64,000 bases of DNA from Arsukibacterium sp. (GTDB lineage: Bacteria; Pseudomonadota; Gammaproteobacteria; Enterobacterales; Alteromonadaceae), in assembly GCF_033721375.1 (NCBI RefSeq), contig NZ_JAWWAP010000004.1:240662-304661 (forward strand). The letters run 5' to 3'. Position 1 is the first letter of the stretch. Each line of letters opens with the position of its first letter. The position numbers were made by a program, and so were the translations under genes. Of this stretch, positions 28,166-36,337 are shown one piece after another. The notes under the pieces were generated by a model, which had not been told where the DNA came from, made no database searches, and was given only the letters and a program-made list of their open reading frames with translations.

Positions 28166-29605
28166 GTGCAAAATTTTAGCTTAAAATACTTCCATCCCGT
28201 TTTTTACCTGCTTATTGTACCTAATTTTTTTCTATTTTTTGTTGCGGATTACCTTGGCATCGGCCGCTCGCCCGTCAACCTTGATTATTTATTTGCAGCG
28301 TTATTTGTATACTCTCGGGTTCCCATTATTGGCTATTTGGTATTCATAGTTTTTTTCATATTAGATATTTTAGCACTGCTGGTACAAGTATTTACGTTTG
28401 CCCGCCTGGAGCACTTAGTCTATTTATCAAGTTTTTTGCCTGATGCGCCTAAAGCATATCAAATCGCGACGTTGGCAGCCCTGCTGTGGTTAGCTGTGTT
28501 TATGGTTAATGCCGTAAAACTGAATAAAAATACCAACCTAACTCAAGCATTAGTATTGTTTAATCTTGCGCTTGGAATATTTGGAGTACACGTTTACACA
28601 GTAGACGCTAATAACACAGACAAGGTATGGCGCGTTCACAATGCTCCGCTGGTTGGCAGCCCGACATTACATACGTTGAAACATCGCAGCACGTTGTTTT
28701 ATCAATATTTCTATGCTGATGGCGAAACTTTTAGTAAGTTTGTTCCGCCAAGTGCCACGCAATTTAATAATGCACTATTTTACGAGAGTGGAAATGAGAA
28801 ATTATTACTCATTGTTAATGAGTCTTGGGGGGTAACTAAAGACGAGCGGATAAACGCGGAGTTAATGCGCCCGATTACACAATTAAATGATATGGTGAAA
28901 AACGTTCACAGCGGTCAAATTAATTTCTTAGGCGCGACAGTCGCGGGCGAACTTCGCGAGCTTTGCCATCTTTCTCCAAACCATTTTAATTTAAGAAACG
29001 CAGCTAGTGGCCTGGAAAACTGCATTCCTCATAAACTTAAGCAGCAAGGTTACTCCACCTCAGCATTTCATGCAGCATCAGGTGTAATGTATGACAGAAT
29101 TTATTGGTACGCAAAAGCCGGCTTTGATAGTGCCAGGTTTTTTGAAAATCTAAGCTGGACTCGCCGCTGTTACTCTTATCCTGGAGGCTGTGATGTCGAA
29201 CTAATTAACGCAGTAGTGGCTGATGTGGCACAACCAGGTAAGCGATTTACCTATTGGCTGACACTTAATTCACATGCCATTTACGACGAAAGGGATATTG
29301 TGACAGATCAATTCGACTGCCTGCAGTTTGCTGTTGAATCGAGCACACAGACCTGCCGTAATTTGAAACTACAAGCACAATTTTTCCATGTATTGGCCGA
29401 GCAAATTGCTGATAACAAATTGGCTGGCGCAAAAGTATTGATTGTTTCAGACCATGCGCCAGTTATTACAAATAAAATAGAGATGGAAAAATACTTTATC
29501 GACAACAAAGTGAACTGGCTCAGTTTCGATATTCCAGCAAATGCAGACATCTTCACTATAGAGAATGGCAAGACAACAGCTGCTTTACTAAGTGGCAAGC
29601 AATGA
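28166..29605 (+). CDS. membrane-anchored LtaS/OpgB/EptA-like sulfatase-superfamily transferase (candidate pilin phospho-form transferase)
   Basis: 479 aa. About 5 N-terminal hydrophobic helices precede a soluble domain with the motif order LLLIVNESWG, LGATVAGELRE, TSAFHAASGVMYDRIYWYAKAGFD, WLTLNSHAIYD, VLIVSDHAP. This parallels the metal-ligand, nucleophile and His motifs of LtaS-type alkaline-phosphatase-superfamily enzymes. GTG start. Markedly AT-rich. Confidence 0.7.
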   Translation: MQNFSLKYFHPVFYLLIVPNFFLFFVADYLGIGRSPVNLDYLFAALFVYSRVPIIGYLVFIVFFILDILALLVQVFTFARLEHLVYLSSFLPDAPKAYQIATLAALLWLAVFMVNAVKLNKNTNLTQALVLFNLALGIFGVHVYTVDANNTDKVWRVHNAPLVGSPTLHTLKHRSTLFYQYFYADGETFSKFVPPSATQFNNALFYESGNEKLLLIVNESWGVTKDERINAELMRPITQLNDMVKNVHSGQINFLGATVAGELRELCHLSPNHFNLRNAASGLENCIPHKLKQQGYSTSAFHAASGVMYDRIYWYAKAGFDSARFFENLSWTRRCYSYPGGCDVELINAVVADVAQPGKRFTYWLTLNSHAIYDERDIVTDQFDCLQFAVESSTQTCRNLKLQAQFFHVLAEQIADNKLAGAKVLIVSDHAPVITNKIEMEKYFIDNKVNWLSFDIPANADIFTIENGKTTAALLSGKQ

Positions 29606-29710
29606 GCTGCTATGTAAACTGGAAGCATTTCGAACCCAACCACTTTTTTAACCTTTTGCCGCTCCCGCTTTATTAAGTGACACCGAAAGTCAGCTTTTTC
29701 CGAACGATGA

Positions 29711-29974
29711 ACGAAATGTATTATGCCGGCTCACCATCAAACCAGTCAGTTCGTTCACTATCTCGCTGGTATGTCTTTTACACTTTATCTATTCCATTAC
29801 AAGCTGCTTCAGTTATATACATGTATGTTCAGTCAAAATGTTTTAGTTGGTGTAATAACTCTTGTGAGTGTTCTTTTAATCGCTCCGTGGACAGAAGGGC
29901 GTAAAGCCTATTGGTTAGGCTTTATCAACCAAATCAGTAGTCATTTGAGAAAGCGAATACGCGAAAGGTATTAA
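29711..29974 (+). pseudogene. 3' remnant of an acyltransferase-3 (OafA-like) gene
   Basis: The frame opens at 29711. FVHYLAGMSFTLYLFHYKLL followed by a hydrophobic helix resembles the conserved C-terminal SYSxYLxH region of acyltransferase_3 proteins, which normally run about 350 aa. Only about 85 codons are present. Confidence 0.4.
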
Positions 29975-30051
29975 ACTTGAATAACCGCTAAATGCTGGCA
30001 TAATCAAAGCATTCACGGGAAATTTATAGCATCTTAGGATATTTACGCTGT

Positions 30052-31746
30052 ATGGCGGTTAATGCAAATTCCACCTTATTAAAGCGCTTATTGCAACAGG
30101 GCATTATCGATAGCGATAAAGCCACAAAAGCGATTAGCGAAAGAAGCGGCAATTACCGTACCCTGCCGGAACTGTTAATTAATGAAAAGTTAATAGGCTC
30201 CGCCCGGCTGGCGGAAATGGCCACCCAGGTTAGCCATGCCCTGAGTATCGACCTGGATTATTACGATTTAGTCTCGGTACCGGAAGATTTACGTAATGAA
30301 AAGCTGATCCGTAAAAACGATATGCTGCCGCTGGCCAAACGTGGCCGTACTATGTACCTGGCCGTAATAGACCCAACCAATATTGCCGCGATAGAAGATT
30401 TTGAGTTTAATACCGGCCTCAATGCTGAAGTGGTAGTAGTTGAATTTGATAAGCTGCAAAAACTAATTGAAAAGTTGTTTGACAGCAGTTTTAACCTGGC
30501 CGGTGATGCCGCCGACTGGGATTTAGGATCCTTAGGTATAGTTGAAGAGCAGGAAGACGAAGGAGCCGTTACCGCCGATAAAGAAGACCAGCCGATTATC
30601 GCCTTTATTAATAAAATGCTACTCGATGCGATACGCAAGGGCGCCTCGGACTTACACTTTGAGCCCTATGAAAAACTGTATCGGATTCGCTTTAGGATAG
30701 ACGGTATTTTAAATGAAGTCGCTAACCCGCCGGTGGCGCTGGCCAGCCGGCTATCGGCCCGCTTAAAAGTTATGTCGCGGCTCGACATTGCCGAGAAGCG
30801 AGTACCGCAGGATGGCCGGATAAAACTTAAATTATCGGCTAAAAAATCGATCGATTTTCGGGTCAGCAGTCTGCCTACCCTCTGGGGCGAGAAAATTGTA
30901 ATGCGGATCCTCGATTCTGACAGCGCCATGCTGGGGATTGACGTATTAGGTTATGAAGATATTCAGAAGCAGCGCTATTTAGCAGCGCTGGCTCAGCCGC
31001 AGGGCATGATTTTAGTGACCGGCCCGACCGGTAGCGGTAAAACGGTGTCGCTTTATACTGGCCTGGCGATTTTAAATACCAGCGAGACTAATATATCTAC
31101 CGCCGAAGATCCGGTTGAAATTAACCTCACCGGTATTAATCAAGTGCAGGTAAACCCGCGCGCTGGCTTAACCTTTGCTACCGCATTAAAATCATTTTTA
31201 CGCCAGGACCCGGATGTGGTCATGGTCGGTGAAATCCGGGATTTAGAAACGGCCGAAATAGCCATTAAAGCGGCCCAGACCGGTCACTTAGTGTTATCAA
31301 CGTTGCACACTAACTCGGCCCCGGAAACCCTGACTCGACTGCTTAATATGGGCGTACCGGCCTATAATGTGGCCAGTTCTGTCAGCTTGATTATTGCCCA
31401 GCGCCTGGCCCGCCGGCTCTGCCCGCAGTGTAAAGCACCAGAGAAACTGCCCGATCAGGAGTTACTGCGCCAGGGCTTTACCGAAGAGCAGCTTGACAGC
31501 ATCACCATTTTTAAACCGGTCGGTTGCGATCATTGCACCAATGGCTATAAAGGCCGGGTCGGTATTTATGAAGTAATGCCCATCAGCGGTAAAATGGCCG
31601 ATATTATTATGGCCGATGGTAACTCTTTAGATATTGCTACCCAGGCCCAGAAAGAAGGCATCAATAGCTTACGCCAGTCGGGCTTAATTAAAGCCGCCGC
31701 CGGGGTAACCAGCCTGGCCGAAGTTAACCGCGTAACTAAAGGTTAA
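30052..31746 (+). CDS. pilB: type IV pilus assembly ATPase PilB
   Basis: 564 aa. GSPII_E N-terminal domain, Walker A GPTGSGKT, Asp/His boxes, and the tetracysteine motif CPQC...CDHC. Confidence 0.95.
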   Translation: MAVNANSTLLKRLLQQGIIDSDKATKAISERSGNYRTLPELLINEKLIGSARLAEMATQVSHALSIDLDYYDLVSVPEDLRNEKLIRKNDMLPLAKRGRTMYLAVIDPTNIAAIEDFEFNTGLNAEVVVVEFDKLQKLIEKLFDSSFNLAGDAADWDLGSLGIVEEQEDEGAVTADKEDQPIIAFINKMLLDAIRKGASDLHFEPYEKLYRIRFRIDGILNEVANPPVALASRLSARLKVMSRLDIAEKRVPQDGRIKLKLSAKKSIDFRVSSLPTLWGEKIVMRILDSDSAMLGIDVLGYEDIQKQRYLAALAQPQGMILVTGPTGSGKTVSLYTGLAILNTSETNISTAEDPVEINLTGINQVQVNPRAGLTFATALKSFLRQDPDVVMVGEIRDLETAEIAIKAAQTGHLVLSTLHTNSAPETLTRLLNMGVPAYNVASSVSLIIAQRLARRLCPQCKAPEKLPDQELLRQGFTEEQLDSITIFKPVGCDHCTNGYKGRVGIYEVMPISGKMADIIMADGNSLDIATQAQKEGINSLRQSGLIKAAAGVTSLAEVNRVTKG

Positions 31747-31765
31747 CTGCGGGTTTTGAGTGCTT

Positions 31766-31828
31766 AGTGACAAGTGACAAGTGACAAGTGACAAGTGACA
31801 AGTGACAAGTGACAAGTGACAAGTGACA
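31766..31828. repeat. perfect heptanucleotide microsatellite (AGTGACA)x9
   Basis: Nine uninterrupted AGTGACA units, counted directly. They start 20 nt after the pilB stop and end 77 nt before the pilC start. Confidence 0.98.
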
Positions 31829-31904
31829 TTTTGCTACGGCGACCGAATACCTAACAAGCTGAATTTTACATAGGGCGTGATAGCGCCACAACAGGACAAT
31901 CAGT

Positions 31905-33134
31905 ATGGCTCAGGCACAAAAATTTAAAATTAAAGAGCTGGAAATTTATCAATATAAAGGGGTAAACCGTCGCGGCAAAAAAGCCGATGGCGAGTTAAAA
32001 GGTAATAGCATAGCCGAAGTAAAGGCTCTGCTTCGCCAGCAGGGTATTACCCCGTCTAAGGTAAAACGTAAACCGAAATCATTGTTTGGCGGCGAGAGAA
32101 AAATCACCGCGATGGATATTGCCGTGGTAACCCGCCAGATTGCTACTATGCTGGGTGCCGGTGTACCACTGGTGCAAAGTGTCGATCTCATTGCCAATGG
32201 TGCTGATAATAAAGGTCTGCGCACCTTAATGCAGAAAATTTCAGTAAAAATCCAGTCGGGTTTGCCGCTATCCGAAGTGCTGCGCGAGCACCCAAAATAT
32301 TTTGATGAGCTTTACTGCGATTTAGTTAAATCGGGCGAGCAGTCCGGTGCGCTGGATCGGATATTTGACCGCATCGCGATTTATAAAGAGAAGGCTGAAG
32401 CCCTTAAATCTAAAATTAAAAAAGCGATGTTTTACCCGATAGCAGTATTAGTGGTTGCCGCTATTGTTACCTCAATTTTGTTGATTTTTGTGGTTCCGCA
32501 ATTTGCTGAAATTTTTGCTAGTTTTGGTGCTGAACTCCCGGCTTTTACCCAGTTTGTCTTGGGTATCTCGGAAATGATGCAAGAGTACTGGTGGATCGTT
32601 TTAGCGGGTCTATTTGCTTTTGGCTATGTGGTTAAAAAAGCTTATGCCAATAATTTAAAATTCCGCACTATGGCCGATGGCTGGATTATAAAAGCACCTG
32701 TTATCGGTAGTATTTTAAATAAAGCGGCAGTCGCCCGCTTTGCCCGCACCTTATCGACTACCTTTGCTGCCGGCGTGCCATTAATTGAAGCGCTGGAGTC
32801 AGCGGCCGGCGCCTCGGGTAACGAAGTCTACCGTAATGCAATTATGCATATCCGGGAAGAAGTCTCGTCCGGTACCCAGATGTATTTAGCGATGAAACAA
32901 ACTGATCAGTTTCCGGAAATGGTCATTCAGATGGTATCGATTGGTGAAGAGTCCGGCGCGCTGGATGGCATGCTGGAAAAAGTCGCCAATATTTATGAGC
33001 AGGAAGTGGATGATGCCGTAGATGGCTTAACCGCGCTGCTGGAGCCAATGATAATGGCGGTATTGGGCGTGGTTATCGGTGGTTTAATTATTGCCATGTA
33101 TCTGCCTATTTTCCAAATGGGTGCGATTATTTAA
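31905..33134 (+). CDS. pilC: type IV pilus platform protein PilC
   Basis: 409 aa with two GspF/T2SSF repeats (TRQIATMLGAGVPL... and ARTLSTTFAAGVPL...) and a typical PilC ending, IIAMYLPIFQMG. Confidence 0.95.
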   Translation: MAQAQKFKIKELEIYQYKGVNRRGKKADGELKGNSIAEVKALLRQQGITPSKVKRKPKSLFGGERKITAMDIAVVTRQIATMLGAGVPLVQSVDLIANGADNKGLRTLMQKISVKIQSGLPLSEVLREHPKYFDELYCDLVKSGEQSGALDRIFDRIAIYKEKAEALKSKIKKAMFYPIAVLVVAAIVTSILLIFVVPQFAEIFASFGAELPAFTQFVLGISEMMQEYWWIVLAGLFAFGYVVKKAYANNLKFRTMADGWIIKAPVIGSILNKAAVARFARTLSTTFAAGVPLIEALESAAGASGNEVYRNAIMHIREEVSSGTQMYLAMKQTDQFPEMVIQMVSIGEESGALDGMLEKVANIYEQEVDDAVDGLTALLEPMIMAVLGVVIGGLIIAMYLPIFQMGAII

Positions 33135-34045
33135 TGACTGAACTTGCCAGCTATTTAAGCCAGCATAGCTGGCTTTTTATTACCCTTGTTACCGTGATCA
33201 GTTTACTGATTGGCAGCTTTTTAAATGTGCTGGTATACCGCCTGCCAAAAATGATGGAGCGCGAGTGGCAGCAGGAGTATCAGGCCTATTTTCAGGCAGA
33301 TGCCAGTTTAACCACTGATCCCAGAACTGCAGCTAAACCCGCTGCAACAGAACCCTTTAACCTGGCAGTACCGCGATCGCGCTGCCCGAACTGCCATACC
33401 CCTATTGCCGCCCGCGATAATATTCCGGTAGTAAGCTGGTTGCTGTTAAAAGGCCGCTGCCGCCACTGTCAGGCACCGATAAGCAGCCGTTATCCGGCGG
33501 TGGAAGCATTAACTGCCATATTATCAGCGCTGGTGGCCTGGCAATATGGCTTTGGCATGCCGGCGCTTGTGCTGATATTTGTCACCTGGGGCTTAATAGC
33601 CCTGAGTTTTATTGATATCGATACCATGCTGTTACCCGACAGCCTGACCCTGCCACTGCTGTGGCTGGCGCTGTTATTCAGCCTGACTGATTCAGCCTTA
33701 GTTAATCCTTCTCAGGCTATCGTTGGCGCCGCTGCCGGCTACCTCAGCTTATGGCTGGTGTACTGGGGCTTTAAACTGCTGACCGGTAAGGAAGGCATGG
33801 GTTATGGCGATTTTAAATTGCTGGCCATTTTTGGCGCCCTGCTTGGCTGGCAACAGCTGCCACTGATTATTTTACTATCGTCGGTAGTGGGCGCAGTGAT
33901 TGGTGCCAGCATGCTGGCCATTCAGGGTCGCGACAAGGCAACGCCTATTCCATTCGGCCCGTACATTGCTGCCGCTGGCTTTATTGCCCTGCTATGGGGT
34001 GAGCAACTGACTAACGCCTATTTAAATTACCTTGGGCACTATTAA
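33134..34045 (+). CDS. pilD: prepilin peptidase / N-methyltransferase PilD
   Basis: 303 aa. Zinc-binding CPNC...CRHC motifs, the catalytic Asp regions (IDIDTMLLPD and GMGYGDFKL), and a multi-TM profile. The start overlaps the pilC stop. Confidence 0.95.
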   Translation: MTELASYLSQHSWLFITLVTVISLLIGSFLNVLVYRLPKMMEREWQQEYQAYFQADASLTTDPRTAAKPAATEPFNLAVPRSRCPNCHTPIAARDNIPVVSWLLLKGRCRHCQAPISSRYPAVEALTAILSALVAWQYGFGMPALVLIFVTWGLIALSFIDIDTMLLPDSLTLPLLWLALLFSLTDSALVNPSQAIVGAAAGYLSLWLVYWGFKLLTGKEGMGYGDFKLLAIFGALLGWQQLPLIILLSSVVGAVIGASMLAIQGRDKATPIPFGPYIAAAGFIALLWGEQLTNAYLNYLGHY

Positions 34046-34850
34046 TTTAGTGACTAATTCAGTGACTAACCCAGCGACAAACCCAGTGACTGAAACGGTG
34101 GCTGACACAGTGACAAGCGACAGCGCTGCCCCTGCTAACAGTGATAGTAATACCCTGCTCAGCAACAGGCGCTTTATTGTTGGTTTAACCGGGGGTATTG
34201 GCTCGGGTAAGTCGACAGTAGCAAGCCTGTTTAACGGGCTGGGTATACCGGCGGTCGATGCCGATGTGGTCGCTCGCGAAGTAGTCGCAAAAGGCAGCCC
34301 GTTACTGGCAAAAATTGTTGAGCATTTCGGGCCAGAGCTACTGACAGCAGAACAGACATTAAACCGGCCGCTGCTGCGCCAGCTGATTTTTAACGATCCG
34401 GCTGCCAAACAGTGGCTGAACAGCGTTATGCACCCGGCTATCCGCACTGCTATGCTACAGCAGTTAGCCCAGTTGCCGCCCGCGCCCTATGTGTTATTAA
34501 TTGCGCCCCTGCTGCTGGAAAATAAGCTGCATAATCTGGTAAACCGGGTACTGGTCGTCGATATAACTGAACAAAACCAGCTTACGCGTACTCTAAGCCG
34601 GGATGCTGTTGCATCTGGTGCCACGCCTGAGCAGGTGCAGGCAATTATTGCCAGCCAGATCAGCCGCTCTGAGCGCTTAGCTTTGGCTGATGATATTATT
34701 GATAACAATGCTGTTATTGAAAGAACGGATATTGAGAAGATTGTTATTGAAAGAACCGATATTGACAGCGGCGGCGAAACAGCGATGCTGGATCAGCAGG
34801 TACAGCAACTACACCAGCGTTATTTAGCGCTGGCACAGGATTTTACCTAA
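34032..34850 (+). CDS. coaE: dephospho-CoA kinase with repeat-derived N- and C-terminal extensions
   Basis: The core FIVGLTGGIGSGKSTVASLF...DADVVAREVV...VLVVD aligns with E. coli CoaE. There is no ATG near the core, so the start is ambiguous (TTG at 34032, or one of several in-frame GTGs in 34049-34120). The protein is about 65 aa longer than typical CoaE. Confidence 0.85.
   Translation: MGTINLVTNSVTNPATNPVTETVADTVTSDSAAPANSDSNTLLSNRRFIVGLTGGIGSGKSTVASLFNGLGIPAVDADVVAREVVAKGSPLLAKIVEHFGPELLTAEQTLNRPLLRQLIFNDPAAKQWLNSVMHPAIRTAMLQQLAQLPPAPYVLLIAPLLLENKLHNLVNRVLVVDITEQNQLTRTLSRDAVASGATPEQVQAIIASQISRSERLALADDIIDNNAVIERTDIEKIVIERTDIDSGGETAMLDQQVQQLHQRYLALAQDFT
34049..34120. repeat. degenerate 12-bp tandem repeat x6 (agtgactaaNNN type)
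   Basis: The units agtgactaattc, agtgactaaccc, agcgacaaaccc, agtgactgaaac, ggtggctgacac and agtgacaagcga encode VTNS-VTNP-ATNP-VTET-VADT-VTSD in the coaE frame. They share the GTGACA core with the 31766 microsatellite. Confidence 0.8.
34722..34775. repeat. 30-bp period tandem duplication inside the coaE 3' region
   Basis: tgttattgaaagaacggatattga at 34722 and tgttattgaaagaaccgatattga at 34752, encoding VIERTDIEKI / VIERTDIDSG. Confidence 0.85.
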
Positions 34851-34895
34851 ATGCTGAGATTACAGATGCTGAATTTACTCATGCTGAAATAATCG
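34851..34895. repeat. 15-bp period tandem repeat x3 (atgctgaNat...) between coaE and zapD
   Basis: atgctga recurs at 34851, 34866 and 34881, starting immediately after the coaE stop codon. Confidence 0.7.
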
Positions 34896-34938
34896 GGCCC
34901 GCTGGTCCGGTTAAGTTTAATACAGGCCAGAATTCATT

Positions 34939-35718
34939 ATGACGGACAACATGACAGACACTATGACGGACACCACCGCCATTGTTTACGAGCATCCGCT
35001 GAACGAAAAAATCCGCACTTATCTGCGCCTGGAGTTTCTGTTCCAACAGGTGCATTGTCAGTTGGCGCTGGCCGATGAAAATCAGCAACAAAGTTTTTTT
35101 ACCAATTTGTTTGCGTTAATTGAGGTAATGGACCGCAACGATGTGCGCCCGGATTTAATAAAAGATATCGAGCGCTGTGAAAGCCAGCTGGTTATTTGGT
35201 CGCAGCATCCGTCGGTGTCGGATACTAAATTACAAACCATGCTGCAGGCCGCGGTAAGAATGCAGTCCGAATTATTGCGCAGTGGTAAGTTACTGGGCGC
35301 TCTGAAAGACGATAACTTTTTAGCGCCGCTGCGTCAGCGCTTCAGCATTCCCGGCGGCTGCTGTTACTTTGATATGCCACAGTTGCAATACTGGTTTAGC
35401 TTGCCGTTGGCTGAGCGCCAGGCGCAGGCAGAAGATTGGCTGAACCAGGTATCGCTGGCTGAACAGGCTATCCGCTATGTATTAAGCTTTATTCGCGAGC
35501 GTGGCCATTATCAGGATGTGCTGGCCGACAATGGCTTTTATCAGCAAAACGCTGAGCAATATGAGTTATTGCGGATTAAGTACCCGGCCGGCGAAGGCAC
35601 TTACCCGACTGTCAGCGGTAATAAATACCGTTACGCTATTCGCTTTATGCAGCTGGATGCCGACAGCGCCCGCAGTGCCGCCGCTAAAACGCAGCAATTT
35701 CAACTGGCTTGTTGCTAG
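34939..35718 (+). CDS. zapD: cell division protein ZapD
   Basis: YEHPLNEKIRTYLRLEFLFQQ, RQRFSIPGGCCYFDMPQLQYW and the C-terminal FQLACC align with E. coli ZapD (YacF). The N-terminus is a 12-bp repeat x3 (MTDN-MTDT-MTDT) with three in-frame ATGs, so the start is ambiguous. Confidence 0.9.
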   Translation: MTDNMTDTMTDTTAIVYEHPLNEKIRTYLRLEFLFQQVHCQLALADENQQQSFFTNLFALIEVMDRNDVRPDLIKDIERCESQLVIWSQHPSVSDTKLQTMLQAAVRMQSELLRSGKLLGALKDDNFLAPLRQRFSIPGGCCYFDMPQLQYWFSLPLAERQAQAEDWLNQVSLAEQAIRYVLSFIRERGHYQDVLADNGFYQQNAEQYELLRIKYPAGEGTYPTVSGNKYRYAIRFMQLDADSARSAAAKTQQFQLACC

Positions 35719-35762
35719 AACTGCATCTAAAAGTTTAGTCGAGTTTGGCGTAAAAAGCTGAC

Positions 35763-35857
35763 ACCGATTCACCCACGCCGACACGCCGTAAACCCATCCA
35801 TGGGGTCTCGGTTCCGCCCGTCCAGGGCTTCAACGGTCGGCTTAGGGTAAACCGATG
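35763..35857. repeat. palindromic intergenic element, family 2, copy B
   Basis: It matches 26258-26354. The arms caccgattcaccc and gggtaaaccgatg are imperfect inverted repeats. Lies between zapD and yacG. Confidence 0.65.
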
Positions 35858-35953
35858 TCTGCTTCAATAAGTTCTGCTTAACTCCTACCTGTGCTACCAA
35901 AGCGAAACTGCTATACTAAACGCCGGATTTAAAGTTTTAATCAGAGTTATGTT

Positions 35954-36187
35954 ATGCCAACAACCGTTAAATGCCCTACCTGCAGTAATGCCGTGGTCTG
36001 GGATGCCAGTTCCGCTTTCCGTCCTTTTTGCTCTGAGCGTTGTAAGTTAATCGATTTAGGCGACTGGGCGGCTGAAAACCACCGCATTCCCGATAAAGCC
36101 CCAATAGATGCCGACTTATCTGAACAGTATCTGGCTGAATTGGAACAGGAATTTATTGCTCAGGATAATCAGTTTTTTAAAAATTAA
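35954..36187 (+). CDS. yacG: DNA gyrase inhibitor YacG (zinc-ribbon protein)
   Basis: [37 protein letters not shown] is the YacG signature with four Cys. Conserved position after zapD. Confidence 0.9.
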   Translation: MPTTVKCPTCSNAVVWDASSAFRPFCSERCKLIDLGDWAAENHRIPDKAPIDADLSEQYLAELEQEFIAQDNQFFKN

Positions 36188-36277
36188 ACATTAGAAAATT
36201 ATCCTATTTCGTCACAATATTTTACATTTTTATAATAGGTACAAGGATAATTCTTATTTATTCAACAACTTATTTTC

Positions 36278-36293
36278 TGGCATATTTTGTGCA
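36278..36293 (+). promoter_or_regulatory. candidate sigma-54 (-24/-12) promoter
   Basis: TGGCATATTTTGTGCA against the consensus TGGCACG-N4-TTGCA. GG and GC are at the exact canonical spacing and 9 of 12 defined positions match. It ends 44 nt upstream of the PEP-CTERM gene ATG, in an AT-rich intergenic region. Confidence 0.55.
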
Positions 36294-36337
36294 AAAAATC
36301 TGGTGTTGTAATAAATGTACAGTAAATAACTTTCAGG

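Noticed and set aside
29677-29904. A 75-aa ORF (MTPKVSFFRTMNEMYY...) overlapping the acyltransferase-like remnant in another frame.
   Set aside because: No recognisable features. The overlapping frame 29711-29974 has the acyltransferase-3-like SxxLYLxH motif and hydrophobic helices, so it is the more likely ancestral coding frame.
31766-31828. Whether the regular repeat array could be a CRISPR array.
   Set aside because: The period is 7 bp with no spacers, total length is 63 bp, and there are no cas genes. It is a microsatellite, not a CRISPR array.
34022-34447. A 141-aa minus-strand ORF antisense to the coaE 5' region.
   Set aside because: It overlaps the P-loop region of coaE on the opposite strand and partly translates the 12-bp repeat array. 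No start context. Judged a shadow ORF.
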